Below are positions 18,055-27,517 of a DNA stretch of 64,000 bases, one piece after another. The stretch spans positions 131,212 through 195,211 of the forward strand of contig JAUWZS010000002.1 in NCBI GenBank assembly GCA_030615205.1, read 5' to 3'. This DNA is from Candidatus Aenigmatarchaeota archaeon (GTDB lineage: Archaea; Aenigmatarchaeota; Aenigmatarchaeia; CG10238-14; SCSR01). The position numbers and the translations under genes were made by a program. Position 1 is the first letter of the stretch. Each line of letters begins with the position of its first letter. The notes under the pieces were generated by a model. It was not told where the DNA came from, ran no database searches, and worked only from the letters and a program-made list of their open reading frames with translations.

Positions 18055-18177
18055 AATTATCTCTAAAATTAATTTAGTTTGTGTGAAATAAAAATAAAGC
18101 ATTTAAGAAAAGAAATTATCTGTTTTTTTCAAAACTTTTATCCAAATAAAAACAAATAATATTCTATTGGCGATTGA

Positions 18178-18705
18178 ATGAATAAAAAAGCCCTTCTTGA
18201 AGCAGCGCTGTTCGTGTCCGATACGCCGTTAACAGTAGAGCGTTTGGCGAATATTGTAGGCATAGGCTCAGAAGAGCAGATCAGACAGCTGCTATCGCAA
18301 ATCAGGGACGAGCTCAAAGCAGCAGATCGTGGCATAGTGCTCGAAGAAACGCCTGAAGGATTTGAACTGCGCATCAAGCAAGAATACAGAAACCAAGTTG
18401 CAAAGCTTGCGCCGTTTTCTGATCTATCTGAGGGCATGCTGCGTACGCTTGCGATTGTGGCAGCAAGGCAACCGATAAAGCAGTCTATAATCGTAAAGTA
18501 CCAAGGAAATAAAGTATACGGTTATATAAGAGACCTAGAATCTAAGGGGCTCATTAAAGCCGAAAAGTTTGGTCGTACTAAGCTTGTTACTGTGACAAGT
18601 GGTTTTGAAAATTATTTCGGTAAGAGCACTGATGAAATAAAACAAATGCTCAATTCTAAATCGGGAAAAGAAGCGAAAGAAGAAGTAAAAGAGAAAGCCA
18701 AATAA
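18178..18705 (+). CDS. scpB: SMC-Scp complex subunit ScpB
   Basis: LLEAALFVS..PL, LS...LRTLAIVA.RQPI, GRTKL..VT..F..YFG. Confidence 0.92.
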   Translation: MNKKALLEAALFVSDTPLTVERLANIVGIGSEEQIRQLLSQIRDELKAADRGIVLEETPEGFELRIKQEYRNQVAKLAPFSDLSEGMLRTLAIVAARQPIKQSIIVKYQGNKVYGYIRDLESKGLIKAEKFGRTKLVTVTSGFENYFGKSTDEIKQMLNSKSGKEAKEEVKEKAK

Positions 18706-18768
18706 AAATATTAATACATAAAAATTGATTTTAAGGTATTAGAGAATAAGTTAGTGTTTGTGATGTTT

Positions 18769-19248
18769 ATGGCGAAGCGACCGAGCTGGGATAGGTATTT
18801 TTTGGATTTGTGCGAAGCTGTTTCTAAACGTGCAACCTGCGATCGTGGCCGCTCGGGCTGTGTGATAGTAAAAGATAAGCGGATCCTAGCAACTGGTTAT
18901 GTTGGTGCGCCGACTGGGTTACTGCATTGCGATGATGTGGGTCATGATATGCGAAAGGTCTTCGACGACGCAGGCGAAGTAACACAGCACTGCGTGCGCA
19001 CGCTGCATGCAGAGCAGAATGCAATATTACAAGTGGCAAAGTTTGGCATATCCATCAATGGTGCAACGCTTTACTGCAAGCTGACGCCTTGTCGCATATG
19101 TGCAATGATGATAATAAACGCTGGGATCAAACGCGTGGTCTGCGAGAAGCGCTATCATGCAGATAAAGACACAGTCGAAGTGTTCAAGAAGGCTGGAGTA
19201 GAGCTAGTTGTAATTAATCAAGACGTAGAAGAATACGATAAGCAATAA
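18769..19248 (+). CDS. dCMP deaminase (ComEB-like)
   Basis: RPSWDRYF, RATCDR, HAEQNAI, PCRICA. Confidence 0.93.
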   Translation: MAKRPSWDRYFLDLCEAVSKRATCDRGRSGCVIVKDKRILATGYVGAPTGLLHCDDVGHDMRKVFDDAGEVTQHCVRTLHAEQNAILQVAKFGISINGATLYCKLTPCRICAMMIINAGIKRVVCEKRYHADKDTVEVFKKAGVELVVINQDVEEYDKQ

Positions 19249-19284
19249 AAATACGACAAGCAATAAAATTTACATTTCTAAAAT

Positions 19285-20730
19285 TTACACTTCATGAGTG
19301 ATCCGTTTCTTCTTAGGCGACAGGATCTTGGTTTTCCACAGGACTAGTAGCACTGTCACTATTATGATTCCTACAATTATGTATATGTACGTCTCTGTTG
19401 TCAGCTCTGGTAATTCAAGTGGAACTGTTGTAGTAGTTGTAGTTGGTCCGATTGTCGTTGTAGTTGTAGCTGGAACTGTAGTTGTTGTAACCGCCCCAAC
19501 TATTTCTCCGCTTATTGCAAAGTAAGAAAAGCCTGGTGTAACTGCTTCGTAATATATATAATCGTCATCCTCGTCAATTTTAGTCGTGTTTAATTTATTC
19601 CATTTATCAGCAGCAAATCTGTTCAAAGCTATTGTAGCTGAGTCGATGTCATTATCGGTAATCCAAGGCTTCTCAACTTTAAATTTCATTGTCGCTGTTA
19701 AAATATCTTCATCCTCTATCTTTTCTTTTACAACGCTTATATAATGATATACCTTACCAGAGGCTTCTGCAATTTCAGTTGGTTTCGCATCAAGTTTTCT
19801 GATCGTTATATAAACTGAATTTACTTTATTTACAACCTGTATGTTTATTTCAGTAAAGTCCACTCCCTCTGTCTTTTCGATTGTCACCCTTGTTTTACTT
19901 GCTGCTGCTATTAATGGAATATATACCACAGCTTTGCCAGGCGTTGTTGATGCAACTGGGGAGGGCGGGCCCGGAGAATAAGGTTGCGTTGTAGTTGTAG
20001 TGGTTGTGGTAGGTGGAGATGTAATAGTTAACCAATAGGTTTGCGAATCACTGGTGAAATTTGCATCGCCCTCGAAAAAGCCAGTAATATTATACTTACC
20101 AGCTGTATATGAAAGAGTGATACTATTCTCTAGAGGCGAATTTCCAGAAGTGTTATAGGTAGAAGTGAAATTTGTAGATAAATTGACAAGCACTGTGTAC
20201 GATGTTTTTATATCAACAGTTATATTTGCCACTCGGTTTTGTGTGTATGATTTGTTTCCTTCAGTTCCATTCAGAAATAGACTTACATTGGTAGTAGAGT
20301 TCACAGCCAAAGTCCAGTTGTGCGTCTGCGAGCTATTCCATATATCGTCAGTATTGTTTGCATACCATGTAAAATTGTAACTCTCCGCACGGCCGAGCTG
20401 ATTCTGCGTGAAGTTAATCCACCACATTCCTGTTGTGTCGTTCTGAATTATAACACCCAACGTATTGTTAGTATAGTTAGTGTAAGTGTCAGTAGTTATT
20501 CTACCAAGCTGGAATGTAGTATTAGCGAAGACTATAACCTCAGTAGAATTGTAAATTCCTGACACATTGCTTATATTCATCTGGAATCCGTAGTTATTGT
20601 TCTGGTTGTACTCCGTGCCTGTCACATATGTAGAAGTGTTCGAATTGAACTGCGGAGTAGCGAATGCGGGTATCGGTACTATTGAAAACAAGAAAACCAA
20701 TCCCAAAATCAATAGTAAAATCTTTTTCAT
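19285..20730 (-). CDS. PGF-pre-PGF domain surface glycoprotein
   Basis: signal peptide MKKILLL, many N-x-S/T sequons, Thr linkers, FKVEK.WI...YEAVTPGFSYFAI, C-terminal TM. Confidence 0.88.
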   Translation of the reverse strand: MKKILLLILGLVFLFSIVPIPAFATPQFNSNTSTYVTGTEYNQNNNYGFQMNISNVSGIYNSTEVIVFANTTFQLGRITTDTYTNYTNNTLGVIIQNDTTGMWWINFTQNQLGRAESYNFTWYANNTDDIWNSSQTHNWTLAVNSTTNVSLFLNGTEGNKSYTQNRVANITVDIKTSYTVLVNLSTNFTSTYNTSGNSPLENSITLSYTAGKYNITGFFEGDANFTSDSQTYWLTITSPPTTTTTTTTQPYSPGPPSPVASTTPGKAVVYIPLIAAASKTRVTIEKTEGVDFTEINIQVVNKVNSVYITIRKLDAKPTEIAEASGKVYHYISVVKEKIEDEDILTATMKFKVEKPWITDNDIDSATIALNRFAADKWNKLNTTKIDEDDDYIYYEAVTPGFSYFAISGEIVGAVTTTTVPATTTTTIGPTTTTTTVPLELPELTTETYIYIIVGIIIVTVLLVLWKTKILSPKKKRITHEV

Positions 20731-20752
20731 CAATTCACCTTTTCCCAATCTT

Positions 20753-20962
20753 TTATTTCCTCTTTCCTTTCTTTGTCCTGTAAACCTTGCTACGGCCAAT
20801 GCGGATGACTTTAACCTCACCCTCATGTCTCATCGCTTCTAAGTAACCACTAACAAAATCCCGTCTGAGCTTTAATCTTCTAGAAAGCTCGCTGAGAGAC
20901 ATGGGCTCCTTTTTAAGTGTAGAAATAATTCTACGTTTTATGTCTGTCGATGCATCGGACAT
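20753..20962 (-). CDS. small winged-HTH regulator
   Basis: IISTLKKEPMSLSELSRRLKLRRDFVSGYLEAM...IGRSKVY. Confidence 0.8.
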   Translation of the reverse strand: MSDASTDIKRRIISTLKKEPMSLSELSRRLKLRRDFVSGYLEAMRHEGEVKVIRIGRSKVYRTKKGKRK

Positions 20963-21044
20963 TATATAGTATTTCGTATTGTACGCTATATAAAGCATTA
21001 TATCGTATTCCACAATTACCTGAAAGTGACACTGAGCATACTCG

Positions 21045-21078
21045 AAAACCGAGCAATTCGCATATTTTGCTCGGTTTT
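21045..21078. promoter_or_regulatory. 12-bp perfect inverted repeat (putative operator)
   Basis: AAAACCGAGCAA-N10-TTGCTCGGTTTT. Confidence 0.65.
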
Positions 21079-21138
21079 TTACAGAGAACATATAGACTGA
21101 CTAAAAATTATAAACAAAATGTGAAAATAGAGGTGAAA

Positions 21139-21624
21139 TTATTTTGAAGAAAGAATTTGCTCGACAAAACGGACGTCTATCCCGACTTTATATCCTTCGG
21201 GGTCTCTAATTTGCGTTAAAGGCACGTTGTACTCATTCCTAAGCTCTGCTATATACGCCCGAGCTCTAGATTGGGATATGTTCAGATTTTTTGCAATCTG
21301 CTTGTATGTATGAAAACCGTTATTTATCAGCATAGCTATTATTTCTCTGTGTCTGCCTCGTATACTGCTCAAGTTCGCGGATTTGAGCGGTCGCTCGAAA
21401 TGCTCTCTTTGCTCGCCAAACTGCTCGGTTTTTGCTCGAAAAGTACTGAGCTGCTCGGTCAGATTTAAATTCTTGCCTTTTTTATAAATTAATGCCCCGC
21501 TTACAATAACGCCTGTAAGGTATTCTATTTTCGAGTTTGTTTTCTCAAGTTTTTTTTCAAAAGAAGCAAGCGTTTTACTCAAAATTTCAATTTTCCTCTC
21601 AAGTGATTTGTTTCTTTTCATCAA
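21139..21624 (-). CDS. coiled-coil plus C-terminal wHTH protein
   Basis: TYKQIAKNLNISQSRARAYIAELR HTH; linker DNA rich in TGCTCG repeats. Confidence 0.8.
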   Translation of the reverse strand: MMKRNKSLERKIEILSKTLASFEKKLEKTNSKIEYLTGVIVSGALIYKKGKNLNLTEQLSTFRAKTEQFGEQREHFERPLKSANLSSIRGRHREIIAMLINNGFHTYKQIAKNLNISQSRARAYIAELRNEYNVPLTQIRDPEGYKVGIDVRFVEQILSSK

Positions 21625-21694
21625 TAGTTATCTTGAAACCCGAGTATATAAGTTTAACTTAATAAATTGCCCAAAAGTACTAGAAAACGAGTGA

Positions 21695-24571
21695 TTAAAA
21701 ATTAATTATTCCTTTTTTGTAAAGTACGAATATAATAATCAAGGCTACAACTATTATTATTGCTATAATCTCCAATGCTCCAATTTCGAATGGCAGACCA
21801 GCTGGCAGTGTAGTTGTAGTTGTTGATGGCAGTTTTTCTCCTCCAATTGCAAACACAGACAAGCCTGTGGACTCTGCTTCATAATGTACATAATTCGCAT
21901 CACTGCTCACCTTGGTTGTTGTAAGGTTTTCCCATGCAGCATCTGAGTATCTGTACAAATAGACTTTGTCTTCATCTATGTCATTAGATATAATCCATGT
22001 TTTCTCGACTTTGAATTTTATAGTCGCTGTAGTTATATCATCGTCAGTAAATTCGCTTTTTTCAAGCTCGAGATATTTGTATACTGCGCCGACATCAGAC
22101 GCAATCGGTGCCGATGCTTCTGACGGCAACGAGCTTTCCTTTACAGTAACTGCTATATTGGCAAGTGCCTTGTTTGCCACAATCGCAACGCTTTCTATCC
22201 TTAACTCAGCTGTTTCAAATTCGAACTCGGCAGTTTCACCAGCAGCAACGATGTCTACAGTTGTAGTTTCCTCGGCCGGGATTGTTGTAGTAGTTGTAGT
22301 AGGAGCTGCAGTAGTGGTAGTTGTTGGTAAATAAATTGAGGGTGAAGTAGTTGTGGTTGTAGTTGTAGCCGCTGCTCTCGTATATACTATAGTAACTGAA
22401 TGTGTGCCCGAAGAGTCGAAGACGACTTCAAAACTGCCAGTGTTGTATCTATCACTACTGCAATTTCCATCTATACAAAAAGAAGTGATAGTTGCGTCTG
22501 TCGCATTGATATTCGGCACCTTATCGTATAGATCTATAGAACCAGCAGAAGGTGTTGAAATTGTTGCGTTATACCTACTAGTTCCAATGCTTCCTGAAGG
22601 CACTGTAGTCTCGCTCATAATACTGACATTTAATGAAGCTGTCATATTTAATGTGATATTGGATAACGAATTGTTTGGAGACCAACCATTAACTGCTGAA
22701 AGATTGAAATCAAATTGGTGGAAACACAGTGTTATATTATTTCCTATATTTGGCCCTGGGAGATTATCAGTCATGTTTGTACAATTGCTGAACGTATCAA
22801 CTATTCCAGCCTCGCTCCATGTTTCATTAGCAACCTTAACCCAATCATTACCAGTCTTATTATATAGGGTAAAATTAGAGCCCATAGTAGCTTGAAATAC
22901 TATATCCTCAGTACTGTTATAACCAGTAACATTTATTGGGTATAGGAAACGGACATACAGCTTCGAGTCTGTTATATTGAAATCTGTGAGGCTGTTGTTG
23001 ACGCTCACCACCATTTCTATGTTTGTTGCCGTCCCTGGCTGTGGCGGGCTTGCTTCCGGGCCTGGAATAAACCCTCCTGTTAATGTCTGGTTTGTTAAGA
23101 AAATTGGTGAGGAAAGTGAGGCGCCTGTTTGACCTTCAAATGAAGGTGGAGCCAGAGAGAATAAAGATGTTAATGTAGCAGATCCAGCACCAGCGGCTTC
23201 AACGGTGATTGGCAAATCGATTAGACCAACGCTAGACTGGCCATAATTGTAAAGTACTAATCTTGAACAATTTGCATTTAAGCTCGTACTATTGTCGTAA
23301 TAATAGCTACCTTCTTGGCCACTTGCGCTCTGATTATCATAAGGACCGCACACCGTGTTATTGTAAATATAATATATCGCAGCACCAGTCGGACTAAGAG
23401 ATGGTGATAAGATTGTCCTATTTATTGTTTCGCCCATGAAAATTTCTTCATGCGTAACATACCATGCTGGTATCAAGTTCGATTCATTTTTGAAATTTAT
23501 TGAATCGTATCTCGCTCCGTATGTTATGTTTGTTTTATCACCAGCGGTGCCATTAAATGTCAAGTTCACTGTAAGATTTAGCGCCAGCAACTCCATAACA
23601 TCTGGATTTTCAAAAACAGGCTTATCAAAATACATTGCATCGATAAACCCAGAGCTTGCAATATACGGCCTATTTGAAGTGACATTGAATTGCATTATCG
23701 GCACTATAGCATAATATTCCGATTTTCGAGCTCCCCATTTCAGTATACTTACGTTTGTCAAACAATCAGTTACACCATATTCGGTTTTAACTATTGGTTT
23801 TGAGTTTGGCATGCTTTCTCCAAGCAATATTCCATTGTCGATGTAATCAGTTAGGTTTACAGAAATCCACGTTCCATTTATCACTGAGCTTGATAACAAA
23901 TTGGTTGTTGCATTTACAGCGCTACAATTATATGGTACTTCTGTCGATGTGTTATATAAATTTCCAAAATTCCAATCATCACAGACATATACATAATCAG
24001 GAACAACGCCCCTTCTGGCATAAGTAAAGTTCGCACTTGTAGCACTCGAATTGGTTGTATCATAATCAATAGCAAAAGCGCTTACTATTCTGTAACCCCC
24101 GGTTGAATTTGCAAAATTATACTCCGTAGATGGGATCAGCTGAAAGTTTAATGTGGAATTGGGCTCTGTTACATTAAAGCCGCTTATTGTTACAGAGGAA
24201 TTATAGGTCTCATTAGCTCCAACCTTAATAACAGCATCGTTTATAATCAATTCAACAGTATAAGTACAATTACTTTGATTCAATTCAACAGTGAAATCTG
24301 CTCTTGGCGGGTATGAGAAGTTACTTGAATTCATAACTGCATCAAAACAATTTGCCTCGTTTGCAGTGAAAGTTAGGTTAGCTGCGAATTCTCCATATAG
24401 ACCGAATACAGGTGGCGTTGAAACATTACCAATATAAGTGGTTATATTAACGGATACGAATGTAACATTTCCTATTACGGTTGTGTTGGGCCAAGCAAAC
24501 ACCGATGTGGATGACAAAATTATTGAAAAAAATGTTAGGAATAGCATTAAAACCAAAAACTTTATATTCAT
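21695..24571 (-). CDS. large PGF-pre-PGF/S-layer-like glycoprotein
   Basis: signal peptide, dense N-glycosylation sequons, Thr linker, FKVEKTWI...YEAESTGLSVFAIG, C-terminal TM. Confidence 0.88.
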   Translation of the reverse strand: MNIKFLVLMLFLTFFSIILSSTSVFAWPNTTVIGNVTFVSVNITTYIGNVSTPPVFGLYGEFAANLTFTANEANCFDAVMNSSNFSYPPRADFTVELNQSNCTYTVELIINDAVIKVGANETYNSSVTISGFNVTEPNSTLNFQLIPSTEYNFANSTGGYRIVSAFAIDYDTTNSSATSANFTYARRGVVPDYVYVCDDWNFGNLYNTSTEVPYNCSAVNATTNLLSSSVINGTWISVNLTDYIDNGILLGESMPNSKPIVKTEYGVTDCLTNVSILKWGARKSEYYAIVPIMQFNVTSNRPYIASSGFIDAMYFDKPVFENPDVMELLALNLTVNLTFNGTAGDKTNITYGARYDSINFKNESNLIPAWYVTHEEIFMGETINRTILSPSLSPTGAAIYYIYNNTVCGPYDNQSASGQEGSYYYDNSTSLNANCSRLVLYNYGQSSVGLIDLPITVEAAGAGSATLTSLFSLAPPSFEGQTGASLSSPIFLTNQTLTGGFIPGPEASPPQPGTATNIEMVVSVNNSLTDFNITDSKLYVRFLYPINVTGYNSTEDIVFQATMGSNFTLYNKTGNDWVKVANETWSEAGIVDTFSNCTNMTDNLPGPNIGNNITLCFHQFDFNLSAVNGWSPNNSLSNITLNMTASLNVSIMSETTVPSGSIGTSRYNATISTPSAGSIDLYDKVPNINATDATITSFCIDGNCSSDRYNTGSFEVVFDSSGTHSVTIVYTRAAATTTTTTTSPSIYLPTTTTTAAPTTTTTTIPAEETTTVDIVAAGETAEFEFETAELRIESVAIVANKALANIAVTVKESSLPSEASAPIASDVGAVYKYLELEKSEFTDDDITTATIKFKVEKTWIISNDIDEDKVYLYRYSDAAWENLTTTKVSSDANYVHYEAESTGLSVFAIGGEKLPSTTTTTLPAGLPFEIGALEIIAIIIVVALIIIFVLYKKGIINF

Positions 24572-24722
24572 TTAGCCACCTATCTTATAAAATTTTGTAT
24601 TTTTTGCTAAATAAAGTTTTTTTGGAATTTTCCAAATAAGCGCGTATTTTTTGCCATCCGAGCTATTGCTTAGAACGAGTGCTTTAAACAACTTTATCCT
24701 ACAAAAAACAGAATCTCTATTA

Positions 24723-25553
24723 ATGATTTATGTAACAAAGTTCGACGGACGCAAACAGCTGTTCAACAAACGGAAAATAATGCGGACCTGCATGCGGATG
24801 CACGCTACACCAAAAACTGCAAAAGAAATAGCAGAGAAAATCGAAGCGCACGCGTACGACGGCATAAGCACCAAAAAAATCATGCAGATGATTTTTGCGT
24901 ACATGCGAAAGCACCGGCCAGAAGTCAAGCATATAATCGACTTGCGAACAGCAATCAGCATGCTCAGACCCAAACCGGATTTCGAACTTTTTATTGCTCA
25001 ACTGCTCCGTGCACATGGCTATAAAGTCAAATCGAACCGCATGATACACGGCAAATGCATAGAGCACGAGATCGATGCGATCGCGGAAAAAGGCAAAGAT
25101 GTTTTTTATGTTGAAGTAAAGCACCATTACAAGCCGCATACGTACACTGGATTGGATGTTTTTCTCGAAGCGCGTGCAACGTTCGAAGATCTACTTGACG
25201 GCAAAAAAACCGGCGCAAACAAAATAAAATTCAACAAAGCAATGGTAATAAGCAATACAAAGCTCTCCAACCATGCAAGGCGATATGCTGATTGCCGAAG
25301 CATAATATATATCGGATGGAAAGCTCCGGTCGAGCGCGGACTGGAGCGCCTGATAGAAGAGAAGCAGTTGCATCCAATAACGTTTCTGCGCGACATTGAC
25401 CCAGCAGACGAGATAAAACTAGGTGATGCAGGGATTGTAACACTTAAACAGCTCATGGAACTCAGTCTGGACGAGCTGTGGAAAAAGACAAAAATCTCCA
25501 AAAAGACTTTGAAGGAATTTAAGCTTAAAGCGCAAAAGATACTATCAGCATGA
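24723..25553 (+). CDS. ATP-cone + Mrr-like restriction endonuclease domain protein
   Basis: VTKFDGRKQLF..KI (ATP cone); FELFIAQLL...HEIDAIA...VEVKHH (PD-(D/E)XK); C-terminal HhH-like region. Confidence 0.85.
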   Translation: MIYVTKFDGRKQLFNKRKIMRTCMRMHATPKTAKEIAEKIEAHAYDGISTKKIMQMIFAYMRKHRPEVKHIIDLRTAISMLRPKPDFELFIAQLLRAHGYKVKSNRMIHGKCIEHEIDAIAEKGKDVFYVEVKHHYKPHTYTGLDVFLEARATFEDLLDGKKTGANKIKFNKAMVISNTKLSNHARRYADCRSIIYIGWKAPVERGLERLIEEKQLHPITFLRDIDPADEIKLGDAGIVTLKQLMELSLDELWKKTKISKKTLKEFKLKAQKILSA

Positions 25554-26236
25554 GAACAACAAATGGAAAAATCATTGAATGTAAAAACGTATGGAAGATC
25601 TATAATGAAGGAACTGCTGCAGAAGTGCGCGCGCTGCAAGGGATAAATCTGGAAATTTTTGAAAAAGACTTTGTAGCGATACAGGGCGTATCTGGCAGTG
25701 GCAAGAGCACATTGCTGCATTGCATAGGATGCTTGGACACGCCTACACGTGGAAAAGTCTATATCGAAAATGAAGACATATCAAAGATGAACGAAGATGA
25801 GCTGGCGCTGATTCGCAGGGAAAAGATAGGTTTTGTTTTTCAATTCTTCAATATTATCTCAAGTTTGACAGCTTTGCAGAATGTAGAGCTTCCGATGATT
25901 TTTTCAGGACTCGACGGTACAAAAAGAAAAAAGAAAGCCAGAGAGCTGCTCGAAAAGGTAGGACTTGGTGGAAGGCTAAAGCACAAGCCGAGCGAACTTT
26001 CAGGCGGAGAGGCTCAGCGTGTTGCTATTGCGCGTGCACTGGCGAACGATCCCATACTCATGATGGCAGACGAACCGACCGGCAACCTTGATTCAAGCTC
26101 AGGAAAAGAAGTAATAAATATTTTTAATACCCTTAATAGTGAAGGTAGAACCGTTGTAATTATAACGCACGATCCGTCCATCACGAAATGCGCAAAAAGA
26201 AAAATAAAAATCAAAGATGGAAAGATTGTCGGATGA
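25550..26236 (+). CDS. ABC transporter ATP-binding protein (LolD/MacB type)
   Basis: GVSGSGKST, LSGGEAQRVAIARAL, ADEPTGNLD. Confidence 0.95.
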   Translation: MRTTNGKIIECKNVWKIYNEGTAAEVRALQGINLEIFEKDFVAIQGVSGSGKSTLLHCIGCLDTPTRGKVYIENEDISKMNEDELALIRREKIGFVFQFFNIISSLTALQNVELPMIFSGLDGTKRKKKARELLEKVGLGGRLKHKPSELSGGEAQRVAIARALANDPILMMADEPTGNLDSSSGKEVINIFNTLNSEGRTVVIITHDPSITKCAKRKIKIKDGKIVG

Positions 26237-26266
26237 ATTAAATGAAATATTAAATGGTGTGTAGAA

Positions 26267-27496
26267 ATGAAAGCAAATGTAAAAAGAAATGTGGCATTGT
26301 TAGCGATATTCGCAATTTTTGTATTATCTGCATTTTCTGTACTATCTTTGAGCGCTGTTTCTGTGCGATCAGCAAGCACTTATGTATCATTAACTGTATC
26401 AAGCCAAATCGTGCCGTCAACCATAGGACCAGGCGACAGCGGAAACCTCATATTGACCATAACGAATGGCGGAACAGAATATGCACGACGTGTAAAATTA
26501 ACTGTAATATCGCATAGTTCAATAACTTTCGGCAGTAGAAGCTATGACTTGGGCATAATAGCACCGAGCGGTTCTACGCAGATCAGCATACCAATAGCAA
26601 TCTCATCATCGATCGAAGTGTACACAACTACAGTGTTTTTCTCCATATCTTATTCAGAGGGCGACAGTGCAAGCACAGCCACTATAGATGCATCAACATC
26701 AATCTCAATATCAAGACGCTCACTTGTCCAAATAGAGTCTGTGACTTGGGACAAAGAACTTATAGAACCAGGGGACGTGGTTGACGTGGACATATATGTG
26801 AAAAATGGAGGGATGGGCGATTTAAAGGATATGACTGTTGAACTCGGCAACGCGACTTTGCCATTTGTATCTGCGAGCGGCGACATAGAGACATATTTAG
26901 GTGATTTGTCCGTCAATGAGTTGCGAAAAGCTGCTTTTTCTATTATAGTGAATAAGGGCGCGGAAACTATTGCATACCGCGTGCCAGTCACAATCAAATA
27001 TTACGACGAGTCGAGCGTGCTGCATACTGACATAAAATACATAGGATTGAAGATATCTGGACAGCCGGACTTCATTGTTACTCTGGAAGACGACAGTGCG
27101 ATGTACGCTGGCAGCAGCAGTGGTGAACTTGTGATATCTCTAGCAAATCGTGGAACAGCAACAGCAAGTTTTCTCACTTTACGCTTTAATTCAACTTTTG
27201 ACATAATACCTGCAGAATACTATGTTGGCAACCTGGACCCGGATGATTATGAAACAGTCACATTATCAGTAGATCTGACATCTGTTCCTGCAGGCAAGCA
27301 CTCGCTGCCCATAGAAATGGCATATAAAGATCCATATAATCAAGAGATGTCCGAATCTGTGTCAATAGACTTTACAGCACATAGGATCCAGCCCGCAGGA
27401 ATACCACTCATAGCCCAACTGGCAATAGTCGGCATAGTGATTATAATACTATATTGGAAAAGAAAATTCTTTATCGGGCTTTTTAGAAAAAAGTAA
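26267..27496 (+). CDS. COG1361 S-layer-family protein
   Basis: signal peptide, repeated Ig-like PG....L.I.N.G / Y.G.L motifs, C-terminal TM; typical partner of archaeal MacB-like ABC systems. Confidence 0.8.
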   Translation: MKANVKRNVALLAIFAIFVLSAFSVLSLSAVSVRSASTYVSLTVSSQIVPSTIGPGDSGNLILTITNGGTEYARRVKLTVISHSSITFGSRSYDLGIIAPSGSTQISIPIAISSSIEVYTTTVFFSISYSEGDSASTATIDASTSISISRRSLVQIESVTWDKELIEPGDVVDVDIYVKNGGMGDLKDMTVELGNATLPFVSASGDIETYLGDLSVNELRKAAFSIIVNKGAETIAYRVPVTIKYYDESSVLHTDIKYIGLKISGQPDFIVTLEDDSAMYAGSSSGELVISLANRGTATASFLTLRFNSTFDIIPAEYYVGNLDPDDYETVTLSVDLTSVPAGKHSLPIEMAYKDPYNQEMSESVSIDFTAHRIQPAGIPLIAQLAIVGIVIIILYWKRKFFIGLFRKK

Positions 27497-27517
27497 AGTG
27501 AAAAGTCGGAGAGAGAA

